The notes: generated from the sequence alone by a model not told the origin. DNA of 64,000 nt from Parcubacteria group bacterium GW2011_GWA2_51_10 (GCA_001004265.1 LCQS01000001.1:2324-66323), one strand, 5' to 3'. Counted from the first letter of the stretch, positions 28,401 through 36,811 are shown. A program made the numbers and translations.

Positions 28401-30718
28401 CTCTCGGTGCAACAAGCGTGCGGTGTTCGGCGACGGACTCTGCTGGCAACGAGACGATTGCGTCGTTCACGATAGAAGTTGTTCTCGTCGACGAAACTTC
28501 GCCAGTCATTACCCTCAATGGCGAATCAACGATAACGCTCGAGCTTGGCGACCTATTTACTGATCCCGGAGCGACTGCGACAGACAACGTCAACGGAAAT
28601 CTCACCGATGAGATAGTTGTCGGTGGCGATACCGTAGATACGAACACGCCCGGCACATACACCATTACGTACAATGTCTCCGACGCGGCAGGCAATGTGG
28701 CGGCTGAGCAGACGCGTACCGTGACGGTCTTGCCCGCGCCTCCTTCCGATCTCACCACGCTCACAGCTACTATTGATGAAGCGCAGACGCTCCACGATGG
28801 TGCGACAGAGGGCGACGCCCCGGGGCAGTATCCGACTGGCTCAAGGGCCACACTTCAGGCGGCGATAGATGAGGCGAGCCTCATCACAACCGCAGGCAGT
28901 CAATCCGAAGTCGACACCGCGGTTGTTGTACTTGAGACGGCGATCACGACCTTTGAGGAATCGGTGATAGGCCTGTCGGATCTCACCGCACTTGCGGCCC
29001 TCATTGAAGAGGCCGAAGCAATAGCAGATGATGCCGTCGTAGGCGAGGACCCCGGAGAATATTCGCAGGCGTCGCTCGACACTTTCAACACGGCTATCGC
29101 GGAGGCGCAGGCGGTCGATAACACCGTGGCACAATCGACGGTAGATGCTGCAGTCGCCAGTCTTAACGACGCGGTCGACACGTTTGAGGCGAGTGTAGTT
29201 CCGACTCCTGACGCAACCGCTCCGATAATCACGCTACTCGGTAGCGCAACCACAAGCGTTGCGCTCGGCAACATATTCGCCGATCCCGGCGCAACAGCGA
29301 ATGACGATGTCGATGGTGCCGTAACACCGGTCGTGAGCGGCAGCGTCGATACCAACGCAGTCGGCACATACGCGCTCACTTATACGGCGACGGATGCGGC
29401 GGGCAACACTTCTTCGGTCGTTCGGAATGTGATCGTTTCAGCAACATCTCTTGAGATTGACACTACAAGCAGCGGAGACACACAGACTGGAACGCTTTCG
29501 AATGCTGCGACGATAGCTACGACAACGCCGAGTGGGAATGTGACTATCGCAATGCCCGCTAATCTTACGGTCTCTGGGCCGGCAGGATGGGATGGCACCA
29601 TCGATCTTCCGACATCGGTAACGACGACCGTGGTACCTGTTGCTGATTCTGGCAGTACAGCGACTTCCGTAAGCTCCATTGAAATAGGTTTCGGTACGAC
29701 CACTCTCACATTCGATAAGGGTGTACGTATACATTTTGCGGGTCGGGCTGGAAATCTTATTGGTTACTCGCATGGTGCGGATACATTCACAGCGATAACG
29801 AGTACGTGTAGCGGGGACAGCCAGACAGTCGGCGACGCGCTCGCTGCAGGAAGTGACTGCAAGATCAGCGTCGGTAGTGATCTCATCGTCTGGACGAAGC
29901 ACTTCAGCACATTTACGACCTATACACAGACTGCCATCCCTACCCCGACTCCTTCTCCCGCCCCATCGAGCGGCGGCGGAGGAGGTGGAGGCGGCGGCGA
30001 AGGAGGCATCTCATACACGTATTCTGTGACCATCAATAATGGTGCTGTAGAGGCGACGTCGACAGCCGTTTCACTCGCAGTCGCACCTGCTAACGCCAAC
30101 CAAATGCAGATCTCGAACACGTCTGAATTTGCGAGCTCAACGTGGCTACCATTCCAGAATACGTATCCGTGGGCGCTCGCACCGGGCGCGGGAGTTAAGA
30201 CTGTATATGTTCGCTATGGTAACAATGGTTCTGTTATCGCAAATGCGCAGGACAGCATCACGCTCGTAGGGGGTGCGGTTCTCGGAGCACAGACCCAAAC
30301 ACAGCAGTCGGTACCGCAGGGATTGATAGGGGTGGGAGGCGGACAGGTGCTTGGTGCATCCGTCTACAACTTTACAAAAATGCTTCAACGCGGATCGAGA
30401 GGTCGGGATGTCGAGGAACTTCAGAAGATCCTGATCGCTGCTGGGTACCTGGATATCGAAGCGCCGACAGCTTTTTTCGGCGTCATGACGGAAGCGGCAG
30501 TCAAAGCGTACCAAGAAGCGAACGGGCTTGAGCAGGTAGGCGTTGTTGGTCCTAAAACCCGAGCCCTACTCAACAAAGGTACATCATCGAAAATGCCTTT
30601 CGCCGCACCTTCCGCAATTACAGACGAACAGCGCGATCTTTTAATCGTAGAACTCATGGCAAAAGTACGAGAACTCACAGCGAAACTTGAAGCATTGAAA
30701 GCGCAACAATTACAGTGA
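25424..30718 (+). CDS. Giant secreted multidomain protein: S8 subtilisin-like protease plus Ig-like/HYR/FIVAR-type repeats plus C-terminal peptidoglycan-binding domain
   Basis: Signal peptide. Catalytic triad: D in AIIDSGV (codon 26078-26080), H in SSHGTH (26231-26233), S in GTSMATPH (27305-27307). Three copies of the P.I.L.G.....L..G..F.DPG..A.D..DG......GG.VDT..PGTY.ITY...D.AGN repeat. Two HYR-like repeats. Two helical LT.L...I.EA... repeats. A poly-Gly linker. PG_binding_1-like LQRGSRGRDVEELQKIL...VKAYQEANGL. Terminal coiled coil. Confidence 0.85.
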   Translation: MRKTFRGLAVVIAMSMFAQPVFAITVSDIPAALTKQNKVHKSEISSTPASFSKQALKSNTQKDLAVSTLTAQTSDKVHPAYVEGEIIVKFRENRVDLKKAAGVSRSTQFATRQNLSFKENIRRANLTVLKTKGKETTDQAIARLKNDPDVEYVQPNYQYYRLAEGGGGSINDASYGEQWALENIGQTVNGAAGTNDADIDANESWDITDGEDVIVAIIDSGVAYNHPDLLQNMWDGDECVDENGSVLDECNHGYDFEDDDKTPLPTSSSHGTHIAGIIAARKNNSVGIVGVAPSAKIMALKSSLTTAQNVAAINFAKQNGAKAINASWACWGDGGTDPATACATFEELDYRDQALTDAIAGFPGLFIAAAGNGGGDADLDGDNHDSGQTLHAYPCDLTLPNIICVAATDQDDVMAFFSDFGTVSIDLGAPGVNILSTIADSTVMTENFNSVTTPSLPSGWEKTGDWGTHDFSGNKVLYSDLAVPYANNANSVATSPSIDLAGAASAMVSFVTQCDTQYSPTEWTDYMQLKYSGDGVNFVPVPVVLGESRWDESLLDLLNGDSDPSGGALFIFSEVQLPGPFSASSKLQFGWITNGSDNDYDACFIDDLVVTKISDGSDGLYDYKSGTSMATPHVAGVAAQVYALRPDFTTAQVKDVILASGDANASLVGKTVMGKRLNAFAALDTSNNSTLIVKKVVVNDDGGTAATSTFAFKVNHGDSQSFEEDGQNELTLDAGTYTVTEVEATGYTPTYLDCTDIVLASGETKTCTITNDDVEVPDTTPPVINLTGETTIDLIVGAEFSDPGFEAIDDVDGDISANVAKGGDTVDTATPGTYVITYNVSDSAGNAAEEKIRTVNVSDVEAPTFSGVPENQNVEATSAAGAVVTYTFPTATDDVDESVTVTCAPESGTTFAMGTTVVECSASDSAGNDASMSFNVVVADTTDPEISNMPENQTIEITEGDSSTASYSSPTATDNIDGSVSVSCSPESGATFALGATSVRCSATDSAGNETIASFTIEVVLVDETSPVITLNGESTITLELGDLFTDPGATATDNVNGNLTDEIVVGGDTVDTNTPGTYTITYNVSDAAGNVAAEQTRTVTVLPAPPSDLTTLTATIDEAQTLHDGATEGDAPGQYPTGSRATLQAAIDEASLITTAGSQSEVDTAVVVLETAITTFEESVIGLSDLTALAALIEEAEAIADDAVVGEDPGEYSQASLDTFNTAIAEAQAVDNTVAQSTVDAAVASLNDAVDTFEASVVPTPDATAPIITLLGSATTSVALGNIFADPGATANDDVDGAVTPVVSGSVDTNAVGTYALTYTATDAAGNTSSVVRNVIVSATSLEIDTTSSGDTQTGTLSNAATIATTTPSGNVTIAMPANLTVSGPAGWDGTIDLPTSVTTTVVPVADSGSTATSVSSIEIGFGTTTLTFDKGVRIHFAGRAGNLIGYSHGADTFTAITSTCSGDSQTVGDALAAGSDCKISVGSDLIVWTKHFSTFTTYTQTAIPTPTPSPAPSSGGGGGGGGGEGGISYTYSVTINNGAVEATSTAVSLAVAPANANQMQISNTSEFASSTWLPFQNTYPWALAPGAGVKTVYVRYGNNGSVIANAQDSITLVGGAVLGAQTQTQQSVPQGLIGVGGGQVLGASVYNFTKMLQRGSRGRDVEELQKILIAAGYLDIEAPTAFFGVMTEAAVKAYQEANGLEQVGVVGPKTRALLNKGTSSKMPFAAPSAITDEQRDLLIVELMAKVRELTAKLEALKAQQLQ

Positions 30719-30883
30719 AATTCGACCCGATGAATATCAGGCAATCGCCAGGTAGACTTGTTGCCTCAAGTTCACAAAGACCATCAAGCGGCATGGACTT
30801 TTGCGGCTAATTTGTAGGGTTGCGAACGAAATCGCGGATACTCAGTCATTTACAGGTTTAGGGGCGTGTTACTGTACTTAGTC

Positions 30884-31990
30884 ATGTCAAGCTCAAAACT
30901 GGCGATAGGTATCGTTGGCCTGCCCAATGTGGGTAAATCAACATTGTTTAATGCGCTCACGAAGAAGGGCGTGCCGGCGGAGAACTATCCGTTCTGCACG
31001 ATAGATCCATCGGTTGGCATCGTCGCTGTTCCCGATGAGCGCGTCACTAAACTCTCTGAAATGTCCCTGTCCGAAAAAACTATTCCCGCAGTTGTCGAAT
31101 TTATTGATATTGCGGGGCTTGTAAAAGGAGCGGCAGAAGGGGAGGGGCTTGGTAATCAATTCTTGTCGCATATCCGCGAGACGGATGCCATTCTCGAAGT
31201 TGTGCGGCTTTTCGAGGACGAGGATGTGCACCACGTGCACGGGAAGATCGATCCTCTTCACGATATAGAAGTTATCAATATGGAGCTTGTACTCGCAGAT
31301 CTAGAGACCGCCTCGAAAGCGCTCGAGAGAGCGGAGAGGGACGCGAAGGGCGGAGACAAAGAGCTCATTGCTCTACGGGATGCACTACAGAGAACTGTTC
31401 CCACGCTCGAGTCAGGTAAGTCAGTGCGCGAAATGGAACTCACGGAGGAAGAAGAGCGCGCGATTAAATCACTTCATCTTCTGACGCAGAAACCCATTCT
31501 CTATGCTCTCAATAAAAAAAGCGGAGCGCTAAATATAGATGCGGAGGAAGGTGAGCGGTGGCGAGAGCTTTCACGTTTTCTGGAGAATTCACACGCGCAA
31601 TATGTGCTCGTCGATGCAGGAGTTGAGAGCGAACTTTCCGACGTGCATGCTGATGAAAAAGAAGATTTTCGACGAGAGCTCGGCGTAGAGGACGGCATCA
31701 ATGCACTCATCAAGGCGGGCTACACGATGCTCGATCTCATTTCTTTTTTTACAACTGGCAAAGACGAGACGCGAGCGTGGACTATCAAAAATGGCTCGAC
31801 TGCTCCGGAAGCGGGGGCGGCGATACACACCGACTTTCGGGACAAATTCATCCGCGCGGATGTCATTCAATGGGGCAAACTATTAGAAGCCGGTTCGTGG
31901 GCTAAAGCACGCGAAATGGGCATTTTGCGTTCGGAAGGCAGAGAATACGTCGTCCACGATGGCGATGTAATGGAGTTCAAGCATGGATAA
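30884..31990 (+). CDS. ychF: Ribosome-binding ATPase YchF
   Basis: G1 motif GLPNVGKST, DIAGLV, TGS-like C-terminus (GDVMEFKH). The ORF-track start at 30866 is also possible. Confidence 0.9.
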   Translation: MSSSKLAIGIVGLPNVGKSTLFNALTKKGVPAENYPFCTIDPSVGIVAVPDERVTKLSEMSLSEKTIPAVVEFIDIAGLVKGAAEGEGLGNQFLSHIRETDAILEVVRLFEDEDVHHVHGKIDPLHDIEVINMELVLADLETASKALERAERDAKGGDKELIALRDALQRTVPTLESGKSVREMELTEEEERAIKSLHLLTQKPILYALNKKSGALNIDAEEGERWRELSRFLENSHAQYVLVDAGVESELSDVHADEKEDFRRELGVEDGINALIKAGYTMLDLISFFTTGKDETRAWTIKNGSTAPEAGAAIHTDFRDKFIRADVIQWGKLLEAGSWAKAREMGILRSEGREYVVHDGDVMEFKHG

Positions 31991-32000
31991 GAGATGCGTG

Positions 32001-32031
32001 CCCCGTTAGAGGCGAAGCTCTCTAAATGGGG
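32001..32031 (+). repeat. Degenerate CCCGTTAGAG-family hairpin just after the ychF stop
   Basis: CCCCGTTAGAG (32001-32011) faces CTCTAAATGGGG (32020-32031); the arms are imperfectly complementary. Confidence 0.6.
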
Positions 32032-32049
32032 TAATGGAGTCTAGACATT

Positions 32050-32087
32050 CGCCGCATCGTCGTGAGACGCGCGGCGGGTTGTTTTTT
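32050..32087 (+). terminator. Intrinsic terminator of ychF
   Basis: CGCCGC-AT-CGTC gtga GACG-C-GCGGCG extended stem (32050-32076), followed by GGTTGTTTTTTG. Confidence 0.7.
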
Positions 32088-32113
32088 GCATGAGTTTGCT
32101 TTGTAAGGCTCGG

Positions 32114-32122
32114 TGATATAAT
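32114..32122 (+). promoter_or_regulatory. Extended -10 (TGATATAAT) 6 nt upstream of the ATG, a leaderless-type layout
   Basis: TATAAT at 32117-32122, TG at 32114-32115, ATG at 32129, no SD. Confidence 0.55.
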
Positions 32123-32128
32123 GCGCTC

Positions 32129-32383
32129 ATGGTAAAGAAAGCACCAAAGAACATAGTGTTGGAGACCTTGTTATCGTTAGACAAGCAAGTTCGGGATATT
32201 TCTAAAGATATGGCAACGAAAGATTACGTTAAAGCTACTGTAGATGATGTTGTCGATAAGGCAAAAAAGGAAATTCTTACTGAACTGCGCGCAGTGACAA
32301 AGGCAGTTGATAAGGATGCTGTGACGATCATTGATCATGGAAAGCGAATTGTGAAGTTAGAGCGTCATCCGGTATTGCAATAA
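32129..32383 (+). CDS. Hypothetical 84-aa charged helical protein
   Basis: ORF with Lys/Asp/Val-rich coiled-coil-like composition, 4 nt upstream of the next gene. No family recognised. Confidence 0.4.
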   Translation: MVKKAPKNIVLETLLSLDKQVRDISKDMATKDYVKATVDDVVDKAKKEILTELRAVTKAVDKDAVTIIDHGKRIVKLERHPVLQ

Positions 32384-32387
32384 TATT

Positions 32388-33356
32388 ATGGACAAACCCA
32401 AAGTTACGCCAAAAGATTTCTTTCTCTGGATAGCCGCGATGGTCGCGCTCTACGTGAGCGTTATTTCATTCATTGCGCTTCTTTTTGATTACATTAACTA
32501 CGCGTTTCCAGACGTGCTGAATTATTACGTTGACCCGTATTCGGGAAGCATTCGCTACGAGATCGCATCGATCGTTGTGCTGTTTCCTGTCTTTCTCGTT
32601 CTCATGCGGCTGATCCGCAAAGACATCCAAGCACTACCGGAGAAGCGTGATTTGTGGGTACGACGGTGGGCTCTGTTCCTTACAGTTTTTATCGCGGGTG
32701 CGACTGTTATCGGCGACTTGATTACGCTTATCAATTACTTTCTCGGGGGAGAGATCACGATGCGGTTCGTTTTGAAAGTGCTCGTCGTGTTCCTCGTGGC
32801 AGGTGGCGCTTTTCTGCACTTCCTCGCGGACATTCGCGGCTATTGGGTGCAATTTCCAGAACGGGCGCGGACAATGGGATACGCCGTCGGTGTTCTCGTC
32901 TTGGCGACTATCGTCGCTGGGTTTTTCATCATGGGCTCTCCGAATCAGATACGTGATTACCGATTCGATGATCGGAAAGTTGGTGATCTCACAACAATTC
33001 AATACCAAATCGTGAATTACTGGCAGCTCAAACAGAAATTGCCCGCCACATTCGAGGAACTCGCGGATCCGATAGGCGGCTTTACCGTGCCTGTCGATCC
33101 GCAGACCGGCGAGCCATATCGCTATGAAGTTACCGGGACTCTGTCGTTCGAACTCTGCGCGAATTTCAATGCGCAGAGCCAGCAAACGAATTTTCCTCGC
33201 GGCGCGTATGGCCCCTATTACGCGCCCAAACCCGCGATACTAGAAAATGGGGGAGTAGCGATAGAAGATTCGTGGCAGCATGGGGCAGGCGAGGTGTGTT
33301 TCAATCGCACTATTGATCCGGAGCGATATCCTCCATTCACTAAGCCCGCGAGATAG
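32388..33356 (+). CDS. DUF5671-like integral membrane protein
   Basis: N-terminus KDFFLWIAAMVALYVSVISFIALLFDYINYAFPD and six TM helices followed by a soluble C-terminal domain, the pattern I associate with DUF5671 of CPR bacteria. Confidence 0.5.
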   Translation: MDKPKVTPKDFFLWIAAMVALYVSVISFIALLFDYINYAFPDVLNYYVDPYSGSIRYEIASIVVLFPVFLVLMRLIRKDIQALPEKRDLWVRRWALFLTVFIAGATVIGDLITLINYFLGGEITMRFVLKVLVVFLVAGGAFLHFLADIRGYWVQFPERARTMGYAVGVLVLATIVAGFFIMGSPNQIRDYRFDDRKVGDLTTIQYQIVNYWQLKQKLPATFEELADPIGGFTVPVDPQTGEPYRYEVTGTLSFELCANFNAQSQQTNFPRGAYGPYYAPKPAILENGGVAIEDSWQHGAGEVCFNRTIDPERYPPFTKPAR

Positions 33357-33385
33357 TCGAATCTATTGGGTTGCGTAGCCCTGCA

Positions 33386-33412
33386 CGTGCTCATATGCAG
33401 CACGGTTTTCTT
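33386..33412 (+). terminator. Small stem-loop plus T-run
   Basis: CGTGCT (33386-33391) pairs with AGCACG (33399-33404), followed by GTTTTCTT. Confidence 0.45.
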
Positions 33413-33429
33413 CATGTTATCGTGTTCGA

Positions 33430-36400
33430 ATGCGCGGGTACGACCATAAAAAGATAGAGAAAAAATGGCAAAAGAAATGGGAAGCGGACAACATTTACAC
33501 AACGCCGGACACATCTCCCAAGAAAGATAATTTCTATCTTCTGACCGAATTTCCATATCCTTCGGGTAACCTGCATGTCGGGCATTGGTACGCATTTTCT
33601 GTTCCAGACATTTTAGCGCGGTACCTGCGAATGCGCGGGAAAAACGTGCTGTATCCTATCGGTTTTGATGCATTCGGACTACCTGCGGAGAACGCTGCCA
33701 TAAAAAATAAACTAAACCCGCGAACGTGGACAGAAGAGAATATCGCGTACATGCGCAAGCAAATTCGCTCCATGGGCGCGTCGTTCGATTGGTCGCGAGA
33801 GGTAGTCACCTGTGATCCCGCGTATTACAAATGGACGCAGTGGCTTTTTCTACAGCTTTTCAAAAAGGGGCTCGTATATCAAAAGGAGACAGCAGTGAAC
33901 TGGTGTCCAAATTGCAAGACTGTGCTTGCGAACGAGCAGGTGGTGGATGGGAGATGCGAACGCTGCGACACGGAAGTAGTTCAGAAGCAGATGCTCCAAT
34001 GGAATATCAAAATTACTGATTACGCGGATCGGCTTATCGATGATTTAGAAAAGCTGGACTGGCCGAGGGAAATCAAGGAATCGCAGAAAAATTGGATAGG
34101 GCGCTCCGAAGGCGCCGAAATTGATTTTCCGCTCGCAATCGATGATGTGAAAAGAATCATTCTTCTCCATGGGAAGGGCGGCTCGGCGGTAGGAGCGTGG
34201 AAGCCGTGGCTTAAAATGAAGCTCGAGGCGATGGGTTATGAGGTGCAGATACCAGCTCTCCCTAATACAAACGAACCAAATGATGAAGAGCAGGCGGATT
34301 ATGTGCAAAAGCATTGCACGCTCGACGAGCACACAGCAATCGTCGGGCATTCCTTCGGGGGAGTTGTCGCGTTGCGGCTTTTGGAGCGAGGCGTGAAGGT
34401 AAGACGCGTCGCGCTCGTGGCAACACCGTACTCCGGCGTATACCTTGATGGAAAGGAGCGGCCGAGTGTAACGGCCATTCTAAAAAAAGGTTTCGATTTT
34501 GAAAAGATTAAGAAGCAATCGGACTTCGTGCTTTTGTATGACACAAACGATCACGTCGTTCCCATGAGCGATGGTGAGGCATTTGCGGAGAAGTTGGGCT
34601 GCTATCTCGTGCGGGGAAAGGGTGTCGAGAGCCACTTCAACGGCGCTGTGGAGCCGGATGTTTTTCTTGCGGCGGTGCCTGCCATACGCGTATTTACGAC
34701 GCGCCCCGATACTCTATTCGGTGCGACATACCTTGTATTGGCACCAGAGCATCCTTGGTTGACGCTCGCGCTGCAGCACAAGACGGTATTAAAGAATCAC
34801 GGCGAGGTTCAATCCTACGTTGATCAATCAAAAAAGAAGACAGAACTCCAGCGTCAAACGGGAGAAAAAGAAAAGACAGGCGTACGACTCGAAAGAGTCG
34901 AGGCGGTTAATCCCGCAACGGGTGGAAAAATCCCGATGTTCGTGGCGGATTACGTACTCGGCCATTACGGCACAGGTGCGATTATGGCAGTTCCCGCACA
35001 CGATCAGCGCGACTTCGAATTCGCGAAGAAATTCAATCTGCCGGTGCAGCACGTACTAGCTACAACGATTCAGAGCACGGCAGGCGCTGATGCAGTCCAT
35101 GCGCGAGAACCCTTTGTCGAGAAAAACGCAGTTATGTGCATCATAAAGCATTGGGCAAAAGATGAATACCTGTGTATCAAGTGGCGGGATTATGATGTTC
35201 GCGCCTTTGTAAGCGGAGGAATAGAAAAGGGCGAGGACGCCGTGGCAGCAGGGATACGAGAAATTCGTGAGGAGACGGGCTACCTAAATCCGAAATTTAT
35301 CAGGCACGTCGGCGGACCGTCCATCGTAGAGTTTTACCACCAGCGGAAAAAGGAAAATACGCGCACGCGCTTCGAGTATCTCTACTTCGAGCTCGAAGAT
35401 GGTAAACAGGAAGAGATTAGCACCGCGGAGGATGCAAAGCACGAGATTTTCTGGAAAACCTTCGCCGAGCTGTCCGGCTACCTTACGATTAAAGAGAATG
35501 CAAAAGTATTAGGACTTCTTGCAACCGGATCCGAGGGTGCGTACGTAGGCGAAGGTATTCTTATGAACTCCGACGGATTTGACGACATGTCGTCCGAGGA
35601 AGCCCGACGCGCAATCACCGAGAAATACGGACGCCTGAAAACTACATACAAATTACGCGACTGGATCGTCTCGCGCCAGCGATACTGGGGCGTTCCGATC
35701 CCTATCGTTCATTGCAAAAAATGCGGCGCTGTATCTGTCAGCGAAGAAGATTTACCCGTTGTACTTCCTGAAGTAGATGATTACCTGCCGGAAGGAACGG
35801 GAAAGTCGCCGCTCGCAAAAAAGCGCGAATGGGTTGAAGTAAAATGTCCTTCATGCGGAGGGGTGGGGGAGCGGGAAACGGATACGCTCGATACATTCGT
35901 TGATTCTTCGTGGTATTTTCTCCGGTACGCTGATCCACTGAATAGTGAAGAGTTTGCCTCCAAGGAGAATCAAAAACAGTGGATGCCCGTAGATTTATAT
36001 TCTGGCGGTGCAGAGCACACGACGATGCACGTCCTCTATTCGCGTTTTTGGCACAAGGCACTTTTCGATCTCGGACTCGTCGCTGACTCGGAGCCGTACG
36101 TGCGCCGGATGAATCGCTCACTTATTTTGGGACCCGATGGACAGAAGATGAGCAAGTCGCGCGGGAACGTCGTTGATCCAGACGCAGTAGTGGAGCGGCT
36201 CGGTGCAGATACGGTGAGAATGTATCTTGCGTTCATTGGTCCATACAATGAAGTTTCGAGCTACCCGTGGAATCCAGACGGGGTGGTAGGCGTTCGTCGC
36301 TTTCTAGAACGCGTTTTTCGTGCGGAAGCACTCGTTGTGGAGGCAGATACAGATGAGCTTAGCGAATCTCTCCACGAGACGTTGAAAAAAGTGGGAGAGG

Positions 36401-36807
36401 ACATAGAGCAGATGAAATTTAATACGGCCGTTTCCGCGCTCATGATCCTGCTTAATGCGATCGAGAAAGCGAAAACTGTGAGCACATCGCAGTGGGACGT
36501 CTTCCTGCGAATGCTCGCACCATTCGCTCCGCATGTGGCAGAAGAATTATGGAGCGTGCGCCACCAAGGAACCATTCACGACGAAGAGTGGCCGGAATAT
36601 GATGCATCACTCATCGCGCGAGCCATGCGTACCATTGTGATTCAGGTGAATGGCAAAAAAAGGGGAGAGTTGCGCGTGGCATCAGACGCAGCGAACGATG
36701 CTGTAGAGTCCGACGCACGGCAACAAATCGCTCCTCATTTAGAAGGGAAGCGGGTATTGAAAACAATCTTCGTACCAGGCCGTCTCGTGAATTTCGTTGT
36801 TGTATGA
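33430..36807 (+). CDS. leuS: Leucyl-tRNA synthetase with two inserted enzyme domains (alpha/beta serine hydrolase; NUDIX)
   Basis: HIGH = HVGH, KMSKS = KMSKSRGN, CP1 editing motifs TTRPDTLFGATY and GTGAIMAVPAHDQRDFEFA. 1125 aa. Extra modules at nt 34132-34686 (GHSFGG) and 35059-35538 (Nudix box at 35215-35283). Confidence 0.93.
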   Translation: MRGYDHKKIEKKWQKKWEADNIYTTPDTSPKKDNFYLLTEFPYPSGNLHVGHWYAFSVPDILARYLRMRGKNVLYPIGFDAFGLPAENAAIKNKLNPRTWTEENIAYMRKQIRSMGASFDWSREVVTCDPAYYKWTQWLFLQLFKKGLVYQKETAVNWCPNCKTVLANEQVVDGRCERCDTEVVQKQMLQWNIKITDYADRLIDDLEKLDWPREIKESQKNWIGRSEGAEIDFPLAIDDVKRIILLHGKGGSAVGAWKPWLKMKLEAMGYEVQIPALPNTNEPNDEEQADYVQKHCTLDEHTAIVGHSFGGVVALRLLERGVKVRRVALVATPYSGVYLDGKERPSVTAILKKGFDFEKIKKQSDFVLLYDTNDHVVPMSDGEAFAEKLGCYLVRGKGVESHFNGAVEPDVFLAAVPAIRVFTTRPDTLFGATYLVLAPEHPWLTLALQHKTVLKNHGEVQSYVDQSKKKTELQRQTGEKEKTGVRLERVEAVNPATGGKIPMFVADYVLGHYGTGAIMAVPAHDQRDFEFAKKFNLPVQHVLATTIQSTAGADAVHAREPFVEKNAVMCIIKHWAKDEYLCIKWRDYDVRAFVSGGIEKGEDAVAAGIREIREETGYLNPKFIRHVGGPSIVEFYHQRKKENTRTRFEYLYFELEDGKQEEISTAEDAKHEIFWKTFAELSGYLTIKENAKVLGLLATGSEGAYVGEGILMNSDGFDDMSSEEARRAITEKYGRLKTTYKLRDWIVSRQRYWGVPIPIVHCKKCGAVSVSEEDLPVVLPEVDDYLPEGTGKSPLAKKREWVEVKCPSCGGVGERETDTLDTFVDSSWYFLRYADPLNSEEFASKENQKQWMPVDLYSGGAEHTTMHVLYSRFWHKALFDLGLVADSEPYVRRMNRSLILGPDGQKMSKSRGNVVDPDAVVERLGADTVRMYLAFIGPYNEVSSYPWNPDGVVGVRRFLERVFRAEALVVEADTDELSESLHETLKKVGEDIEQMKFNTAVSALMILLNAIEKAKTVSTSQWDVFLRMLAPFAPHVAEELWSVRHQGTIHDEEWPEYDASLIARAMRTIVIQVNGKKRGELRVASDAANDAVESDARQQIAPHLEGKRVLKTIFVPGRLVNFVVV

Positions 36808-36811
36808 AATC

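Noticed and set aside
29969-30007. GGC/GGA-rich simple repeat
   Set aside because: It is in frame and encodes a poly-Gly linker (SSGGGGGGGGEGG) between domains of the giant protein. It is not an independent repeat element.
34132-35538. LeuRS insertions as inteins or as a gene fusion or misjoin
   Set aside because: There are no intein junction signatures: no Cys/Ser/Thr at the N-junction with a His-Asn plus Cys/Ser/Thr at the C-junction, and no homing-endonuclease blocks. The LeuRS sequence resumes in frame at the expected motif after each insert, so domain insertion is the simplest reading. Misassembly still needs read-level exclusion.
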